Shown: positions 7,250-17,382 of the stretch, piece after piece
Layout: each line of letters opens with the position of its first letter
Position numbering within the stretch: the first letter of the stretch is position 1
Source: Candidatus Firestoneibacteriota bacterium
GTDB lineage: Bacteria; Oederibacteriota; D2-FULL-39-29; JBBTED01
DNA length: 26,595 nucleotides
Assembly: GCA_038042445.1 (NCBI GenBank)
Contig: JBBTED010000158.1
Span: 1 to 26,595, forward strand
Direction of reading: 5' to 3'
Program-made: the position numbers and the translations under genes
Notes under the pieces: model-generated
The model's database searches: none
Told to the model about the DNA's origin: nothing
Seen by the model: the letters and a program-made list of their open reading frames with translations, nothing else

Positions 7250-8254
7250 TTATTGATTTTGGACTACTTCAATTAGTGCTAACATATTTTCAGTAGGAAC
7301 ATCACTTGGAATGTCATGTGCAGGAGCTAAGATATAACCACCATCTTTACCTATTTCGGATAATAACTGTTTTACTTCTTTTTTTACATCATCAGGTGTT
7401 TTATATGGTAATGTGCTTTGAGTACTAACTCCTCCCCAAAAACAAAGATTTTTACCATATTTTTGCTTCATTTCATAAACATCCATAACTTCAGGTTGAA
7501 AAGGATTCATAATATTAAGCCCAATATCAATCAAATCAGGAATTACCTCTTTTATATCACCGCAGGAATGTATTGAAACAGCAAGTCCTTTTTCATGAAC
7601 TTTTCTATACATTTTTGCAATTCTTGGTTTAATAAATTTTCTCCACATTGAAGGTCCCATAATAAGCCCATGTTGACTTCCCCAATCATCTCCAAAATGA
7701 CAAGCATCAATTTTGTATTTTGACATTCCCTCAATTACTGCGAGATTATATTCAAGTATTCTATCAAGTAACTCTTCAACAAAATTAGGGTTAAGTTTCA
7801 TATCAATTAGAATGTTCTCCATTCCTCTTAAAGTCCATGCTCTTTCAAAAAGAGAAAATCCTATACCTCCTATTATAAAACCATCAGGTTTTGAATTAGC
7901 AATTTCTTCAAATTTTGCATATCTAGTTTTTAAATTGGGTTCAGGGAATTTATATCCATACAATTCTGGTTCAGGGAATACATACCCTTCTACTGTTCCT
8001 ATATCTTTATCTACAGTACGATTCCATACAACTTTAAATTCATCCTGCCAGATATCTGGAGATATTTCTTGCCATGCATCCGATGAAACTGCTGAAATAC
8101 GAACTAAATGATTTCCGATTTTGTCAGAAATTTTTTCATCACTATAGTATTTAACTAATTTTTGATATGCAGGAATTGTAAAACTAATGTTATAAGGAAC
8201 AACATCAGTTTGTTTATGCTGTAATGCCTTTTTGACCCTCTCTTTTCGTAGCAT
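7250..8254 (-). CDS. Uroporphyrinogen decarboxylase (URO-D)/MtaA-CmuA-like family protein
   Basis: FERAWTLRGMEN, GDDWGSQ..L.M.P..WR.FIKP, HSCG, FWGGVSTQ and GGYILAPAHD. Start set at ATG 8254 (MLRKERVKKAL) because ATG 8263 lies inside the -10 box. Confidence 0.88.
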   Translation of the reverse strand: MLRKERVKKALQHKQTDVVPYNISFTIPAYQKLVKYYSDEKISDKIGNHLVRISAVSSDAWQEISPDIWQDEFKVVWNRTVDKDIGTVEGYVFPEPELYGYKFPEPNLKTRYAKFEEIANSKPDGFIIGGIGFSLFERAWTLRGMENILIDMKLNPNFVEELLDRILEYNLAVIEGMSKYKIDACHFGDDWGSQHGLIMGPSMWRKFIKPRIAKMYRKVHEKGLAVSIHSCGDIKEVIPDLIDIGLNIMNPFQPEVMDVYEMKQKYGKNLCFWGGVSTQSTLPYKTPDDVKKEVKQLLSEIGKDGGYILAPAHDIPSDVPTENMLALIEVVQNQ

Positions 8255-8261
8255 AGATAGC

Positions 8262-8289
8262 ATTATAAGTATTTTTTTATCAAAGTCAA
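8262..8289 (-). promoter_or_regulatory. Sigma70 promoter of the URO-D-lysC unit (leaderless candidate)
   Basis: TTGACT (8289-8284), 16 nt, TATAAT (8267-8262), then 7 nt to ATG 8254. No SD. Confidence 0.7.
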
Positions 8290-8294
8290 GCTAA

Positions 8295-8348
8295 TGTAGA
8301 AAAAACTTTCAACCCCGATATAATTCCGCCTCTAAAGGAGCTTCTACA
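8295..8348. repeat. Decayed GTAG-type REP doublet
   Basis: TGTAGAA...TTCTACA inverted ends enclose eroded hairpin remnants (CTTTCAACCCCG; CGCCTCTAAAGGAG). The layout matches 9599..9653. Confidence 0.5.
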
Positions 8349-8380
8349 CAAAAAGGAAATTCCTATATAATCAAAACGAT

Positions 8381-9571
8381 TTATTTTTTTAAAAACATCT
8401 CAATTAAATCAGAAGAATTATTTATATGTAAATTACTTTTTTCACCCACAATCTCATTAAAAAAAAGATTTTCATCTAAAGGTTTTTTATCAATAGACGA
8501 ATACATTAACCATGGAACTGCCTCCTTTGTATGGGTTCTAACAGAAATTGGTGTTGGGTGATCCGGTGCTATTAAAATCTTGTATTCTCCAAACTTAGTT
8601 AAACCTTTTAATATAGTGCCAACTACTTTTTCATCAAAATCTTCTATGGCTTTTATTTTTCCTTGTAAATCACCATTATGCCCTGTTTCATCTGCTGCTT
8701 CAACATGAACCAGAACAAAATCTTTTTTATTTAAAGATTTCAATGCAGCTTCAGCTTTACCGATATAGTTTGTATCCAGATAACCAGTAACACCAGGAAC
8801 ATTTATTATATCAAGACCCAGATATTTACCTATACCTTTTACTAAATCAACTGCAGTAATAACACTACCTTCAATATTAAATCGTTCCTTGTATGTTTGT
8901 AATATTGGGCTTTTACCAGCGCCCCATAACCAAATCATATTTGCAGGATTTTTACCTTCTCTTCTTCTTTCTCTGTTTATTTCATGGCCATCAAGCAATA
9001 AAAATGAATCTTCTATTAGATTATGCAAAATTTTTTCACCACGTCCTTTTGGCAAATAATCCGTATATTTTTTTCCGTATATATCATGAGGTGGTGTACA
9101 TTTAACCAAAGAACTGCCACCTGACCATACCATTAAATGTCTGTAACTTATTCCAGGATAAAATTTAATTTTAGGGTTCCCGAGTTTTTCGTTAATTAAT
9201 TTTATTAAAATTTTAGCATCAGATGTTTCAATATGACCTGCACTATAATCTAATAGTAAATCATCTTTTTTAGTTACCACATTACATCTAAAAGCAACCT
9301 CATTTTCTTTTAACTCAATTCCAAGACTTGCAGCTTCAAGAGGACCACGACCCGTATAATATTTGAGTGGATCAAATCCCAACAACGCAAGTATGCATAC
9401 ATCACTTCCTGATTCCATACCTAAAGGCACTGTTCGGACAGTGCCAATTGTTCCATATTTAGCAAGTGAATTTATATTTGGAATCTTTGCAACTTGAAGT
9501 GGAGTTTTATTTCCCAGTTCAGCAATAGGTCTATCTGCTGCACCATCTAAAATCAAGAATATATATTTCAT
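8381..9571 (-). CDS. apgM: Cofactor-independent phosphoglycerate mutase, archaeal-type (ApgM family)
   Basis: ILDGAAD, KTPLQVA, SGSDV, YYTGRGPLEA, PPHD, HVEAADETGH and DHPTP metal-binding motifs. Confidence 0.9.
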   Translation of the reverse strand: MKYIFLILDGAADRPIAELGNKTPLQVAKIPNINSLAKYGTIGTVRTVPLGMESGSDVCILALLGFDPLKYYTGRGPLEAASLGIELKENEVAFRCNVVTKKDDLLLDYSAGHIETSDAKILIKLINEKLGNPKIKFYPGISYRHLMVWSGGSSLVKCTPPHDIYGKKYTDYLPKGRGEKILHNLIEDSFLLLDGHEINRERRREGKNPANMIWLWGAGKSPILQTYKERFNIEGSVITAVDLVKGIGKYLGLDIINVPGVTGYLDTNYIGKAEAALKSLNKKDFVLVHVEAADETGHNGDLQGKIKAIEDFDEKVVGTILKGLTKFGEYKILIAPDHPTPISVRTHTKEAVPWLMYSSIDKKPLDENLFFNEIVGEKSNLHINNSSDLIEMFLKK

Positions 9572-9598
9572 ATTTGGAATTGCTTCTCCTTTTCTTTT

Positions 9599-9653
9599 GT
9601 AGTCGCAAGCTTTAGCTTGCGTTCTTTTTTCGCAGGCTAAAGCCTGCGACTAC
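9599..9653. repeat. GTAG-type REP doublet (REPIN-like)
   Basis: GTAGTCGCAAGCTTTAGCTTGCG and inverted CGCAGGCTAAAGCCTGCGACTAC. Each unit is a perfect hairpin with a 4-nt loop, and the two stems differ by compensatory changes. Confidence 0.85.
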
Positions 9654-9671
9654 CTTATTTTCGGCAACCTC

Positions 9672-10568
9672 CTAAGCACGTGGATGTGCTTTATCATAAA
9701 CTGATTTTAATCTATCAACTGTTACATGTGTATAAATTTGTGTAGTAGACAAATTACTATGTCCAAGCAATTCCTGAACAGTACGTAAATCAGCTCCTGC
9801 ATTTAGCATATGAGTTGCAAAAGTATGACGCAAAGTATGCGGACTAACTTTGTGAAAAATACTCGCGATAGCAATATATTTTTTTATTATCCGTCTTACC
9901 TGCCTGTCTGTAATTCTACCACCTATTCTGTTAAAAAATAATATTTCGCCTGTATTTCTTTTTCGTGTATTGTTAAAAAATTTTATGCAAGTGTCAAGAT
10001 AATTTTTTATAGTATTTATTGCAGTATCTCCTATTGGAACAATTCTTTCTTTTTTACCTTTACCCATAACCTTTACCAAACCACTTATTAAATCAACGCT
10101 TGTTTTATTTAAAGAAACAAGCTCTGATACTCTTATTCCAGTAGAATACAATGTTTCTAAAATTGCTCTGTCTCGTAATCCCAAAAAATTATTATTTGAG
10201 GGTGCCTCCATTAATTTAAAAGTTTCATTTATATTCAAAAATACTGGAAGTTTTTTTTCAAGTTTAGGCATTGAAACATATTTAGCAGGATTGATATTTA
10301 AATAGTTATTGCGGTTAAGAAATTTATAAAAAGACCGCAAACAAGCTAATTTCCTTGCAATTGTAATTTTTTTATCTCCACCTTGCTGTAAAAAAACAAA
10401 AAAGTGTCTTATTATAGAATGATCAACATTAGACAGATTACATTTTGAGAACGTTTCAAATTGAAATAAATCATTTCTGTATGCTCTTATAGTATGTTCA
10501 GAAACATTCTTTTCACCTGCAAGATATTTTAAAAACTCTTCGGAATACTTTGAAACTTTAGATTTCAT
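9672..10568 (-). CDS. xerC: Tyrosine recombinase XerC
   Basis: RDRAILETLYSTGIRVSEL, GKGKKERIVP, HTLRHTFATH and LGHSNLSTTQIYTH; C-terminal AHPRA; dprA-topA-xerC synteny. Confidence 0.88.
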   Translation of the reverse strand: MKSKVSKYSEEFLKYLAGEKNVSEHTIRAYRNDLFQFETFSKCNLSNVDHSIIRHFFVFLQQGGDKKITIARKLACLRSFYKFLNRNNYLNINPAKYVSMPKLEKKLPVFLNINETFKLMEAPSNNNFLGLRDRAILETLYSTGIRVSELVSLNKTSVDLISGLVKVMGKGKKERIVPIGDTAINTIKNYLDTCIKFFNNTRKRNTGEILFFNRIGGRITDRQVRRIIKKYIAIASIFHKVSPHTLRHTFATHMLNAGADLRTVQELLGHSNLSTTQIYTHVTVDRLKSVYDKAHPRA

Positions 10569-12866
10569 CTATTGCGATTTTGTTGCTTCCGCAACAGTTA
10601 GAGTTGAGTCATCTGAAATAGGCTCTTCATATTCGCACCCCTCATTAATACATTTGCGATAAGGTTCTTTGGTTTTTGGAAATTTTTCAACAAGGATTTT
10701 AGCAAAACATTTTGGGCAAGATTTTTCAACAGGTTTATCCCACGACACAAAATTACATTCAGGATATTTGCTGCATCCATAAAACCGTCTTCTGCCTTTT
10801 GTTGAACGTATTATTATATCTCCAGTACATTCCGGTTTTGGACATTTTATACCAATTGTTTCAGCTTTAATATTTTTACATACGGGATAATTGCTACAGG
10901 CAATAAAACGTCCAAACCTACTAAATTTATAAACCATAGGACTTCCACATTTATCACAAACTATTCCTATAGTTTCTGAAGTATTTGTTTCTAAAGATTT
11001 AGTGGTTTTACACTTAGGATAAGCTGAACATGCTAAAAATTTGCCATGAGCTCCCCACTTAATTAACATCTGACTGCCACATTTATCACAAACTTCATCA
11101 GTAGCACTTTCCATTTCAGCTTTTACATCACGCATTGTTTCTTTAGCCTCAACCAAATTCTTATCAAAGGGACCATTGAATTCTTTTATAACATCAACCC
11201 AATTTTTATTTCCTTCTTCTATTTTATCAAGCTCATCTTCCATAAGCGCAGTAAATTCAACATTTAAAATATCCGGAAAATGTTTAACAAGCAAATCATT
11301 TACTATAAATCCAAGCTCAGTAGTATAAAATTTCCCTTCTTTACGTTCAACGTAATTTCTTCCAATAATTGTACTTATTATGGGTGAATATGTACTTGGC
11401 CTTCCGATACCTTTTTCTTCTAATGTTTTTATAAGCAGAGCTTCTGAATATCGTGGTGGTGGTGATGTAAAATGCTGTTCTGAGATTATTTCAAGTAAAT
11501 TCAACACATCATTTTCATATAACACAGGCAATATATTTGCTGCATTTTCTTCTTCTTCTTTGCTTTTTTCTTCTTCCTCGTCTTCTTTATAAATACGCAA
11601 AAATCCATCAAATTTTATTACTGTTCCAGTAGTTCTGAACAAATAGTTATCACCTGCTTTTATATCCACACTTGTTACATCAAAAATTGCCTCTCGCATT
11701 TGACTTGCTATAAACCGATTATAAATCAACTGATACAATTTAAATTGTTCCTTTGTTAAATATTTTTCAATTGTAGAAGGTTCACAATCTATATAACTTG
11801 GCCGTATTGCTTCGTGTGCATCTTGTATACCTTTTTTAGACTTGTATTGCGGTAATGAATCAGGCAAATAATTTTCACCATATTTATTTTTAATAAACTC
11901 TCGTGTAGAAACCTGAAAATCTGTATTTATTCTGACAGAATCTGTTCTAATGTATGATACCAAACCTGTTAATCCTTTTTCTCCAAGTTGAACTCCTTCA
12001 TATAATTGTTGGGCAATAAACATAGTTTTCTTTGAAGTAAATCTTAATTTTTTAGATGATTCCTGCTGAAGTGTGCTGGTAATAAATGGCGGTGCAGGAT
12101 GTTTGCGTCTTTCCTTTTTTTCAACTTTTCCTACTGTAAAAGTCTGTTTTTTACAATCTTCAGTAATCTTCTCCGCATCTTCTTTATTAGTAATTTGAGG
12201 CTTTTCATTTTTGATTTCAACAAGCTTTGCACTAAATGTTATATTGTTTTTCTCCTGCAATTTAGCAATTATAAACCAATATTCTTGTGGCACAAAACTT
12301 TGTATTTCACGTTCTCTTTCACATATCAATCGTAATGCTACGGATTGAACTCTACCTGCACTTAAACCACGTCTAACTTTTTTCCAAAGTATAGGACTAA
12401 TTTGATACCCCACTAATCTGTCTAATATACGCCGTGCCTGCTGGGCATTTACAAGATTCATATCTATATCTCGAGGAGTCTTCAAAGAATCAACCACAGC
12501 ATTTTTTGTAATCTCATTGAAAGTTATACGAAATGTAGGTTTGTCATCACTGGACAACTGATTTTTTAGATGCCAGCTTATTGCTTCACCTTCCCTATCC
12601 GGATCAGGTGCAAGATAAATTGTGGCTGATTTTTTAGCGAGGGTTTTCAGCTCTTTAAGAATCTTAGATTTTTTTCTGAGAACAATATAATTCGGTTTAA
12701 AATCATTGTCTATCTCTATTCCAAGCCTGCTTTTTGGAAGATCTACGATATGTCCCATTGAAGATGTAACAATATATTCATCCCCTACAAACTTATTTAT
12801 TGTCTTTGCTTTAGCAGGTGATTCAACGATTATCAAACTTTTTAGTTTTAAGCTTTTTTTTGTCAT
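10569..12866 (-). CDS. topA: DNA topoisomerase I
   Basis: IVESPAKAKTI, DPDREGEAI, SAGRVQS, YIRTDS, GIGRPSTY and C-terminal C4 zinc ribbons. Confidence 0.98.
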   Translation of the reverse strand: MTKKSLKLKSLIIVESPAKAKTINKFVGDEYIVTSSMGHIVDLPKSRLGIEIDNDFKPNYIVLRKKSKILKELKTLAKKSATIYLAPDPDREGEAISWHLKNQLSSDDKPTFRITFNEITKNAVVDSLKTPRDIDMNLVNAQQARRILDRLVGYQISPILWKKVRRGLSAGRVQSVALRLICEREREIQSFVPQEYWFIIAKLQEKNNITFSAKLVEIKNEKPQITNKEDAEKITEDCKKQTFTVGKVEKKERRKHPAPPFITSTLQQESSKKLRFTSKKTMFIAQQLYEGVQLGEKGLTGLVSYIRTDSVRINTDFQVSTREFIKNKYGENYLPDSLPQYKSKKGIQDAHEAIRPSYIDCEPSTIEKYLTKEQFKLYQLIYNRFIASQMREAIFDVTSVDIKAGDNYLFRTTGTVIKFDGFLRIYKEDEEEEKSKEEEENAANILPVLYENDVLNLLEIISEQHFTSPPPRYSEALLIKTLEEKGIGRPSTYSPIISTIIGRNYVERKEGKFYTTELGFIVNDLLVKHFPDILNVEFTALMEDELDKIEEGNKNWVDVIKEFNGPFDKNLVEAKETMRDVKAEMESATDEVCDKCGSQMLIKWGAHGKFLACSAYPKCKTTKSLETNTSETIGIVCDKCGSPMVYKFSRFGRFIACSNYPVCKNIKAETIGIKCPKPECTGDIIIRSTKGRRRFYGCSKYPECNFVSWDKPVEKSCPKCFAKILVEKFPKTKEPYRKCINEGCEYEEPISDDSTLTVAEATKSQ

Positions 12867-12868
12867 TT

Positions 12869-13972
12869 TTATGTCCTTATAAATAATTTTCCAGGTATCT
12901 GTTGAATTATTTTTTTAATTTCCAAATTAAGTAAAAGATAATTTGTTTTTGAAATTTCAAATCCACAATTTCTAACAAGTACATCAATATGTACAGGATC
13001 GGAGTTTATGTTTTGATACAGCTTTTGCTCATCCTGAGAAAGAATTGGTAGATAAGAATTTGTCTGTTTATCTTCTTTTAATGGAAGTGGTAGAATTGGC
13101 CTCAACTCTTCAATTATATCTTCAATATTTTCAACCAATTTCGCTCCATTTTTTATCAAATTATTTGGTCCAATGCTATTTTCTGAATTAATATTTCCAG
13201 GTATAGCAAAAACTTCTTTACCTTGTTCTAATGCAAAATCCGCTGTAATTAAAGCTCCACTTGACTTAGGTGCTTCTACTACAATTATGCCAAGCGATAT
13301 ACCACTTATTATGCGATTACGCCTTGGAAAATTAAATCTTTCAGGTTTAGTTTGCATTGAAAATTCTGAAATCACAGCACCATTTTCGCTTATTTCGGAC
13401 ATTAGATTCTTAGATTCAGGTGGATAGCAATGCACTAATCCATTTCCTAAAACAGCAATTGTTCGTCCATTTTTTGCTAAACATCCACGGTGAGCATACG
13501 TATCAATTCCTCTTGCCATTCCAGAAACTATTGTAAATCCTTTTACTGCAAGATCCCCAGCGAATTTTTCAGCAATGATTTTCCCATATGATGAAGCCTT
13601 CCTACATCCAACTATAGCAATTGAGTTATCGTCTTCACGCAATAGTTTACCTTTAACATATAAAATTAAAGGAGGATCAGGCATTGATTTTAAAATTTTA
13701 GGGTAAGTATCATCAAATATTGTGATTATAGAAACATTATGTTTTTCAATCAAATCCAGCTCTTTTTTAATATCAATCGTTTCTTTTGTCGCAAAAATTT
13801 TCGCACTTAATTCTTCGGAAATATTTGCAACTTGTCTGAGTTCTTGAATAGAAGATTTAAGAATTTTGTCAGCAGTACCAAAATATTTTAATAATTTATA
13901 CTGGTGTGATGGCAATAATCCCGGAACCATATTTAACAATAATAAGTTTTCGAAATTTATATCCATTATCAT
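12869..13972 (-). CDS. dprA: DNA-processing protein DprA
   Basis: IAIVGCR, VSGMARGIDT.AH, FPRRNRIISG, SGALITA and a C-terminal winged helix. ATGA overlap with the valS stop. Confidence 0.96.
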   Translation of the reverse strand: MIMDINFENLLLLNMVPGLLPSHQYKLLKYFGTADKILKSSIQELRQVANISEELSAKIFATKETIDIKKELDLIEKHNVSIITIFDDTYPKILKSMPDPPLILYVKGKLLREDDNSIAIVGCRKASSYGKIIAEKFAGDLAVKGFTIVSGMARGIDTYAHRGCLAKNGRTIAVLGNGLVHCYPPESKNLMSEISENGAVISEFSMQTKPERFNFPRRNRIISGISLGIIVVEAPKSSGALITADFALEQGKEVFAIPGNINSENSIGPNNLIKNGAKLVENIEDIIEELRPILPLPLKEDKQTNSYLPILSQDEQKLYQNINSDPVHIDVLVRNCGFEISKTNYLLLNLEIKKIIQQIPGKLFIRT

Positions 13973-16641
13973 TCCTTTTGCAACATTTGCAAGTGTAACT
14001 CTAATTGTGTTTTTTTATCAATATACTCCTGTTGTTTTTTCTTGTCATTTCCAATGACTTCCACTGGAGCGTTTTGTAAAAACTTTTCATCAGATAATCT
14101 TGCACTTAATTTTTCCAATCCAAGTTTTATCTTTTCTATTTCTTTTATTAATTTATTTTTTTGTGCTTCTATATCAACAATTTTTGAAAGCAGTAAATAT
14201 ATAATAATTCTGCCGACTACAATTGCTGCAGAATCTTCAGGTTTATCAGTTTTTATTGCAATTAGCAATCTATCTAATTTTGCCATCTCTACTAAATAGG
14301 AAGAATTATATTCAAGTATTTTCTTTGTGGATTCATCTTCAACATTAAAAATAGCTTCAATTTTTTTAGCAGGTGAAATTTGCAATTCGCTACGCATATT
14401 ACGAATAGCCGTAATTACCTCAATTAAAAGATTCATTTCTTCTTCAGCTTTATCATTTATTTCACCTTTAACAATCTCTGGCCAAGTAGCTATCATAATA
14501 CTTTCTGAATGTGCAGGTAATCCATGCCATATTTCTTCAGTTATAAAAGGCATTATAGGATGAAGTAAACGCAAAGCTCCATTTAATACATAGTAAAGGA
14601 CATACTGTGCCGTTTGCTTAGAAAGTTGCACATCATTTGGATGCGTAAATAAAGCACCCGTTTTTTTTAAACGTGGCTTCGCCAACTCTATATACCAGTC
14701 ACAAAACTCATGCCAAAAAAAATTATATATGGATTGTGCAGCTTCATTAAAATGGTAATTTGCCAAATGCTGTGTCATAGAATTTGTCACTTTATTAAAT
14801 CGGCTTATAATCCACCTGTCTGATAATTCAAGTTTAAGTTTTTCACATTTAACTTCAAGTGGATTAAAATCTGATAGATTAGTACATACAAAACGAGCCG
14901 CATTCCAAATTTTATTAGTAAAATTTCGATATCCTTCAATTCTATCTTCTGCCAAATAAATATCTCTACCTTGTGCAGCTAAAGCAGTTAATGTGAATCT
15001 TAAAGCATCAGTTCCATATTTTTGAATAATGATTTCGGGTTCAATTGTATTGCCACGTGATTTACTCATTTTTGCACCTTCAAGATCACGAACTAATGCA
15101 TGAATATACACCTCTTTAAATGGAACATCACCCATAAATTTCAACCCAAACATTGTCATTCTGGCTACCCAGAAAAATATTATGTCAAAACCTGTAGATA
15201 ATACAGAAGTAGGATAAAAATGTTTGAGTTCAGGTGTTTCCTGTGGCCATCCTAAAGTCGCAAATGGCCATAATGCAGATGAAAACCATGTATCCAAAAC
15301 ATCCGTATCCTGATATAATTTTGTTCCACCACATTTTTTGCAAGTATCTATTTGAGTAGAAGAAACATGTATTTCTTTACAATCTTTACAATACCAAACT
15401 GGAAGTCTGTGTCCCCACCATATTTGTCTTGAAATACACCAATCTTTTATATTATCCATCCACTCAAAATATGTATTAGTCCAATGTGCTGGATGAAATT
15501 TTATTTTTCCTTCTTTAACTGCACAAATTGCAGGTTCTGCTAAAGGTTTCATTTTAACAAACCACTGCAAAGAAAGATGTGGCTCAACAGCAGTATTACA
15601 TCTATAACAGTGACCAACAGCATGTTGATGATCTTCCACTTTTACAATATATTCTGCTTTTTGCAAATCTTTAAGCAAAACCTGTCTGCATACATAACGA
15701 TCCATTCCTTTATATTTTCCTGCTTTTTCATTCATTGTAGCATCAGGATTTATTACATTTATTGTTTCTAAATTATGCCTCAATCCAGCTTCAAAATCAG
15801 ATGGATCATGTGCAGGAGTAACTTTAACAATTCCTGTGCCAAATTTTAGTTCAACATAAGAATCTGAAATAACAGGGATTTCACGTTTAGCAATAGGTAA
15901 AATTATGGTTTTACCTAAAAATTTCAAATATCTATTATCATCAGGATGAATTGCAACAGCAGTATCTCCAAACATAGTTTCAGGTCTGGTCGTAGCAACA
16001 ACAACATATTCTTTTGAATTCTTAACAGGATATTTTATGTAATATAAGTGTCCTTTCACTTCTTTATAGTCTACTTCAATATCCGATAATGCAGTTTGAC
16101 ATCTCGGACACCAATTTATAATATAATTATTACGATATATAAGACCTTCATTATATAATCGTATAAACACTTCACGCACTGCGGTCGAAAATCCATCATC
16201 CATTGTAAATCGTAATTTACTCCAATCACAAGACGCTCCTAACCCTTTTAACTGTGTTATTATTGTATCGCCATATTTTTCTTTCCATTCCCAAACTCGT
16301 TCAATAAATTTTTCCCTACCTAAATCATTTCTAGTTACACCTTTTTTAGCTAAATATTTTTCTACTACGTTTTGAGTGGCAATGCCAGCGTGATCTGTTC
16401 CTGGAAGCCATAGAGTATTAAATCCCTGCATTCTTTTATATCTTATTAATACATCCTGCAAAGTTGTGTTTAAAGCATGCCCCATATGTAAAAACCCTGT
16501 AACATTAGGTGGTGGAATTACTATAGAAAAAGATTGCTTTGTAGTAGATACTTCGGACCTGAAATAATTTTTAGAAAGCCAAAATTTATACCACTTGGCT
16601 TCTATTTCTTTTGGCGTATATTTAGCAAAAATTTCTTCCAT
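13969..16641 (-). CDS. valS: Valine--tRNA ligase
   Basis: PPPNVTG.LHMGHA, DHAGIATQ, DWCISRQIWWGH, KMSKS and a C-terminal coiled-coil arm. Confidence 0.98.
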   Translation of the reverse strand: MEEIFAKYTPKEIEAKWYKFWLSKNYFRSEVSTTKQSFSIVIPPPNVTGFLHMGHALNTTLQDVLIRYKRMQGFNTLWLPGTDHAGIATQNVVEKYLAKKGVTRNDLGREKFIERVWEWKEKYGDTIITQLKGLGASCDWSKLRFTMDDGFSTAVREVFIRLYNEGLIYRNNYIINWCPRCQTALSDIEVDYKEVKGHLYYIKYPVKNSKEYVVVATTRPETMFGDTAVAIHPDDNRYLKFLGKTIILPIAKREIPVISDSYVELKFGTGIVKVTPAHDPSDFEAGLRHNLETINVINPDATMNEKAGKYKGMDRYVCRQVLLKDLQKAEYIVKVEDHQHAVGHCYRCNTAVEPHLSLQWFVKMKPLAEPAICAVKEGKIKFHPAHWTNTYFEWMDNIKDWCISRQIWWGHRLPVWYCKDCKEIHVSSTQIDTCKKCGGTKLYQDTDVLDTWFSSALWPFATLGWPQETPELKHFYPTSVLSTGFDIIFFWVARMTMFGLKFMGDVPFKEVYIHALVRDLEGAKMSKSRGNTIEPEIIIQKYGTDALRFTLTALAAQGRDIYLAEDRIEGYRNFTNKIWNAARFVCTNLSDFNPLEVKCEKLKLELSDRWIISRFNKVTNSMTQHLANYHFNEAAQSIYNFFWHEFCDWYIELAKPRLKKTGALFTHPNDVQLSKQTAQYVLYYVLNGALRLLHPIMPFITEEIWHGLPAHSESIMIATWPEIVKGEINDKAEEEMNLLIEVITAIRNMRSELQISPAKKIEAIFNVEDESTKKILEYNSSYLVEMAKLDRLLIAIKTDKPEDSAAIVVGRIIIYLLLSKIVDIEAQKNKLIKEIEKIKLGLEKLSARLSDEKFLQNAPVEVIGNDKKKQQEYIDKKTQLELHLQMLQKE

Positions 16642-16644
16642 AGT

Positions 16645-17337
16645 TTACTGACGTATAAGTCGCACTTCTTGTGAAAATTTGAATTTAAAATCAATTTTAT
16701 TAACTATTTGATTATCTTTATATAACACAACAGCAGGAATAATCAAACTAATTTGCGATGCCTCACGGCTTACTTTTTCAAAAACGAGTAATCCTTTTGA
16801 TTTAACTGCTGAGTAAACATCGCCACCTTTAATCATTGTTTCTTCAGCAGTTTTCCTTTTGTAATACTCTTCTGTATACGCTGTTCTTGGCGTATATTCA
16901 TCAAAAATTGGTGAATATGTATAATATTGAGCAGATGTTGATGGATACATATTTTTAAATGAATCAATTGTAAATCCATTAAATTGATTACCTATTCCAT
17001 CCAATATTACACACTTGCCTGGTTCCCATATTATTCTATCATCTCTTTTGTTTTCAATTGTGAGTAAAAATACTGTAAATAGAACCTTATTTTCAGTCAT
17101 ATAGGGATTAATAGATATTGATTTACTATAACTTTCCAACTTGTCAGCATCTTGATATATAAGAGTCATTTTTATATCTTCTTTTGTAAGAGTAATAGCT
17201 TGATCTTTTTCACTTACAGAATAGTCATCATATTCTGCAATAGGCCTCATTTTAACAATAGTCTTAATAGATGGACCACATGCAAAAAGACTTGTGCAAA
17301 TTATTGCAATAATACTAAACTGCATAAACTGTTTCAT
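16645..17337 (-). CDS. Hypothetical lipoprotein
   Basis: From ATG 17337: MKQFMQFSIIAIICTSLFAC, with lipobox LFA-C and purine-rich AAGGGA upstream. The ORF track starts at TTG 17370. Confidence 0.75.
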   Translation of the reverse strand: MKQFMQFSIIAIICTSLFACGPSIKTIVKMRPIAEYDDYSVSEKDQAITLTKEDIKMTLIYQDADKLESYSKSISINPYMTENKVLFTVFLLTIENKRDDRIIWEPGKCVILDGIGNQFNGFTIDSFKNMYPSTSAQYYTYSPIFDEYTPRTAYTEEYYKRKTAEETMIKGGDVYSAVKSKGLLVFEKVSREASQISLIIPAVVLYKDNQIVNKIDFKFKFSQEVRLIRQ

Positions 17338-17382
17338 AATTCTTTCCCTTATGGTTGATATTTTTTCCAACAGACCATAATA

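Noticed and set aside
9672..10568. Tyrosine recombinase as a prophage or island integrase
   Set aside because: The XerC-type sequence sits in the conserved dprA-topA-xerC context, with no att sites, tRNA or phage genes. I also saw no dif-like site.
14600..14670. Short apparent insertion in ValS (KKTGALFTHPNDVQLS)
   Set aside because: It falls in a variable loop of the anticodon-binding domain and the DNA shows no palindrome, so I cannot attribute it to a repeat element.
16642..16700. T-box leader for valS
   Set aside because: Only 3 nt separate valS from the upstream gene, leaving no room and no T-box motif.
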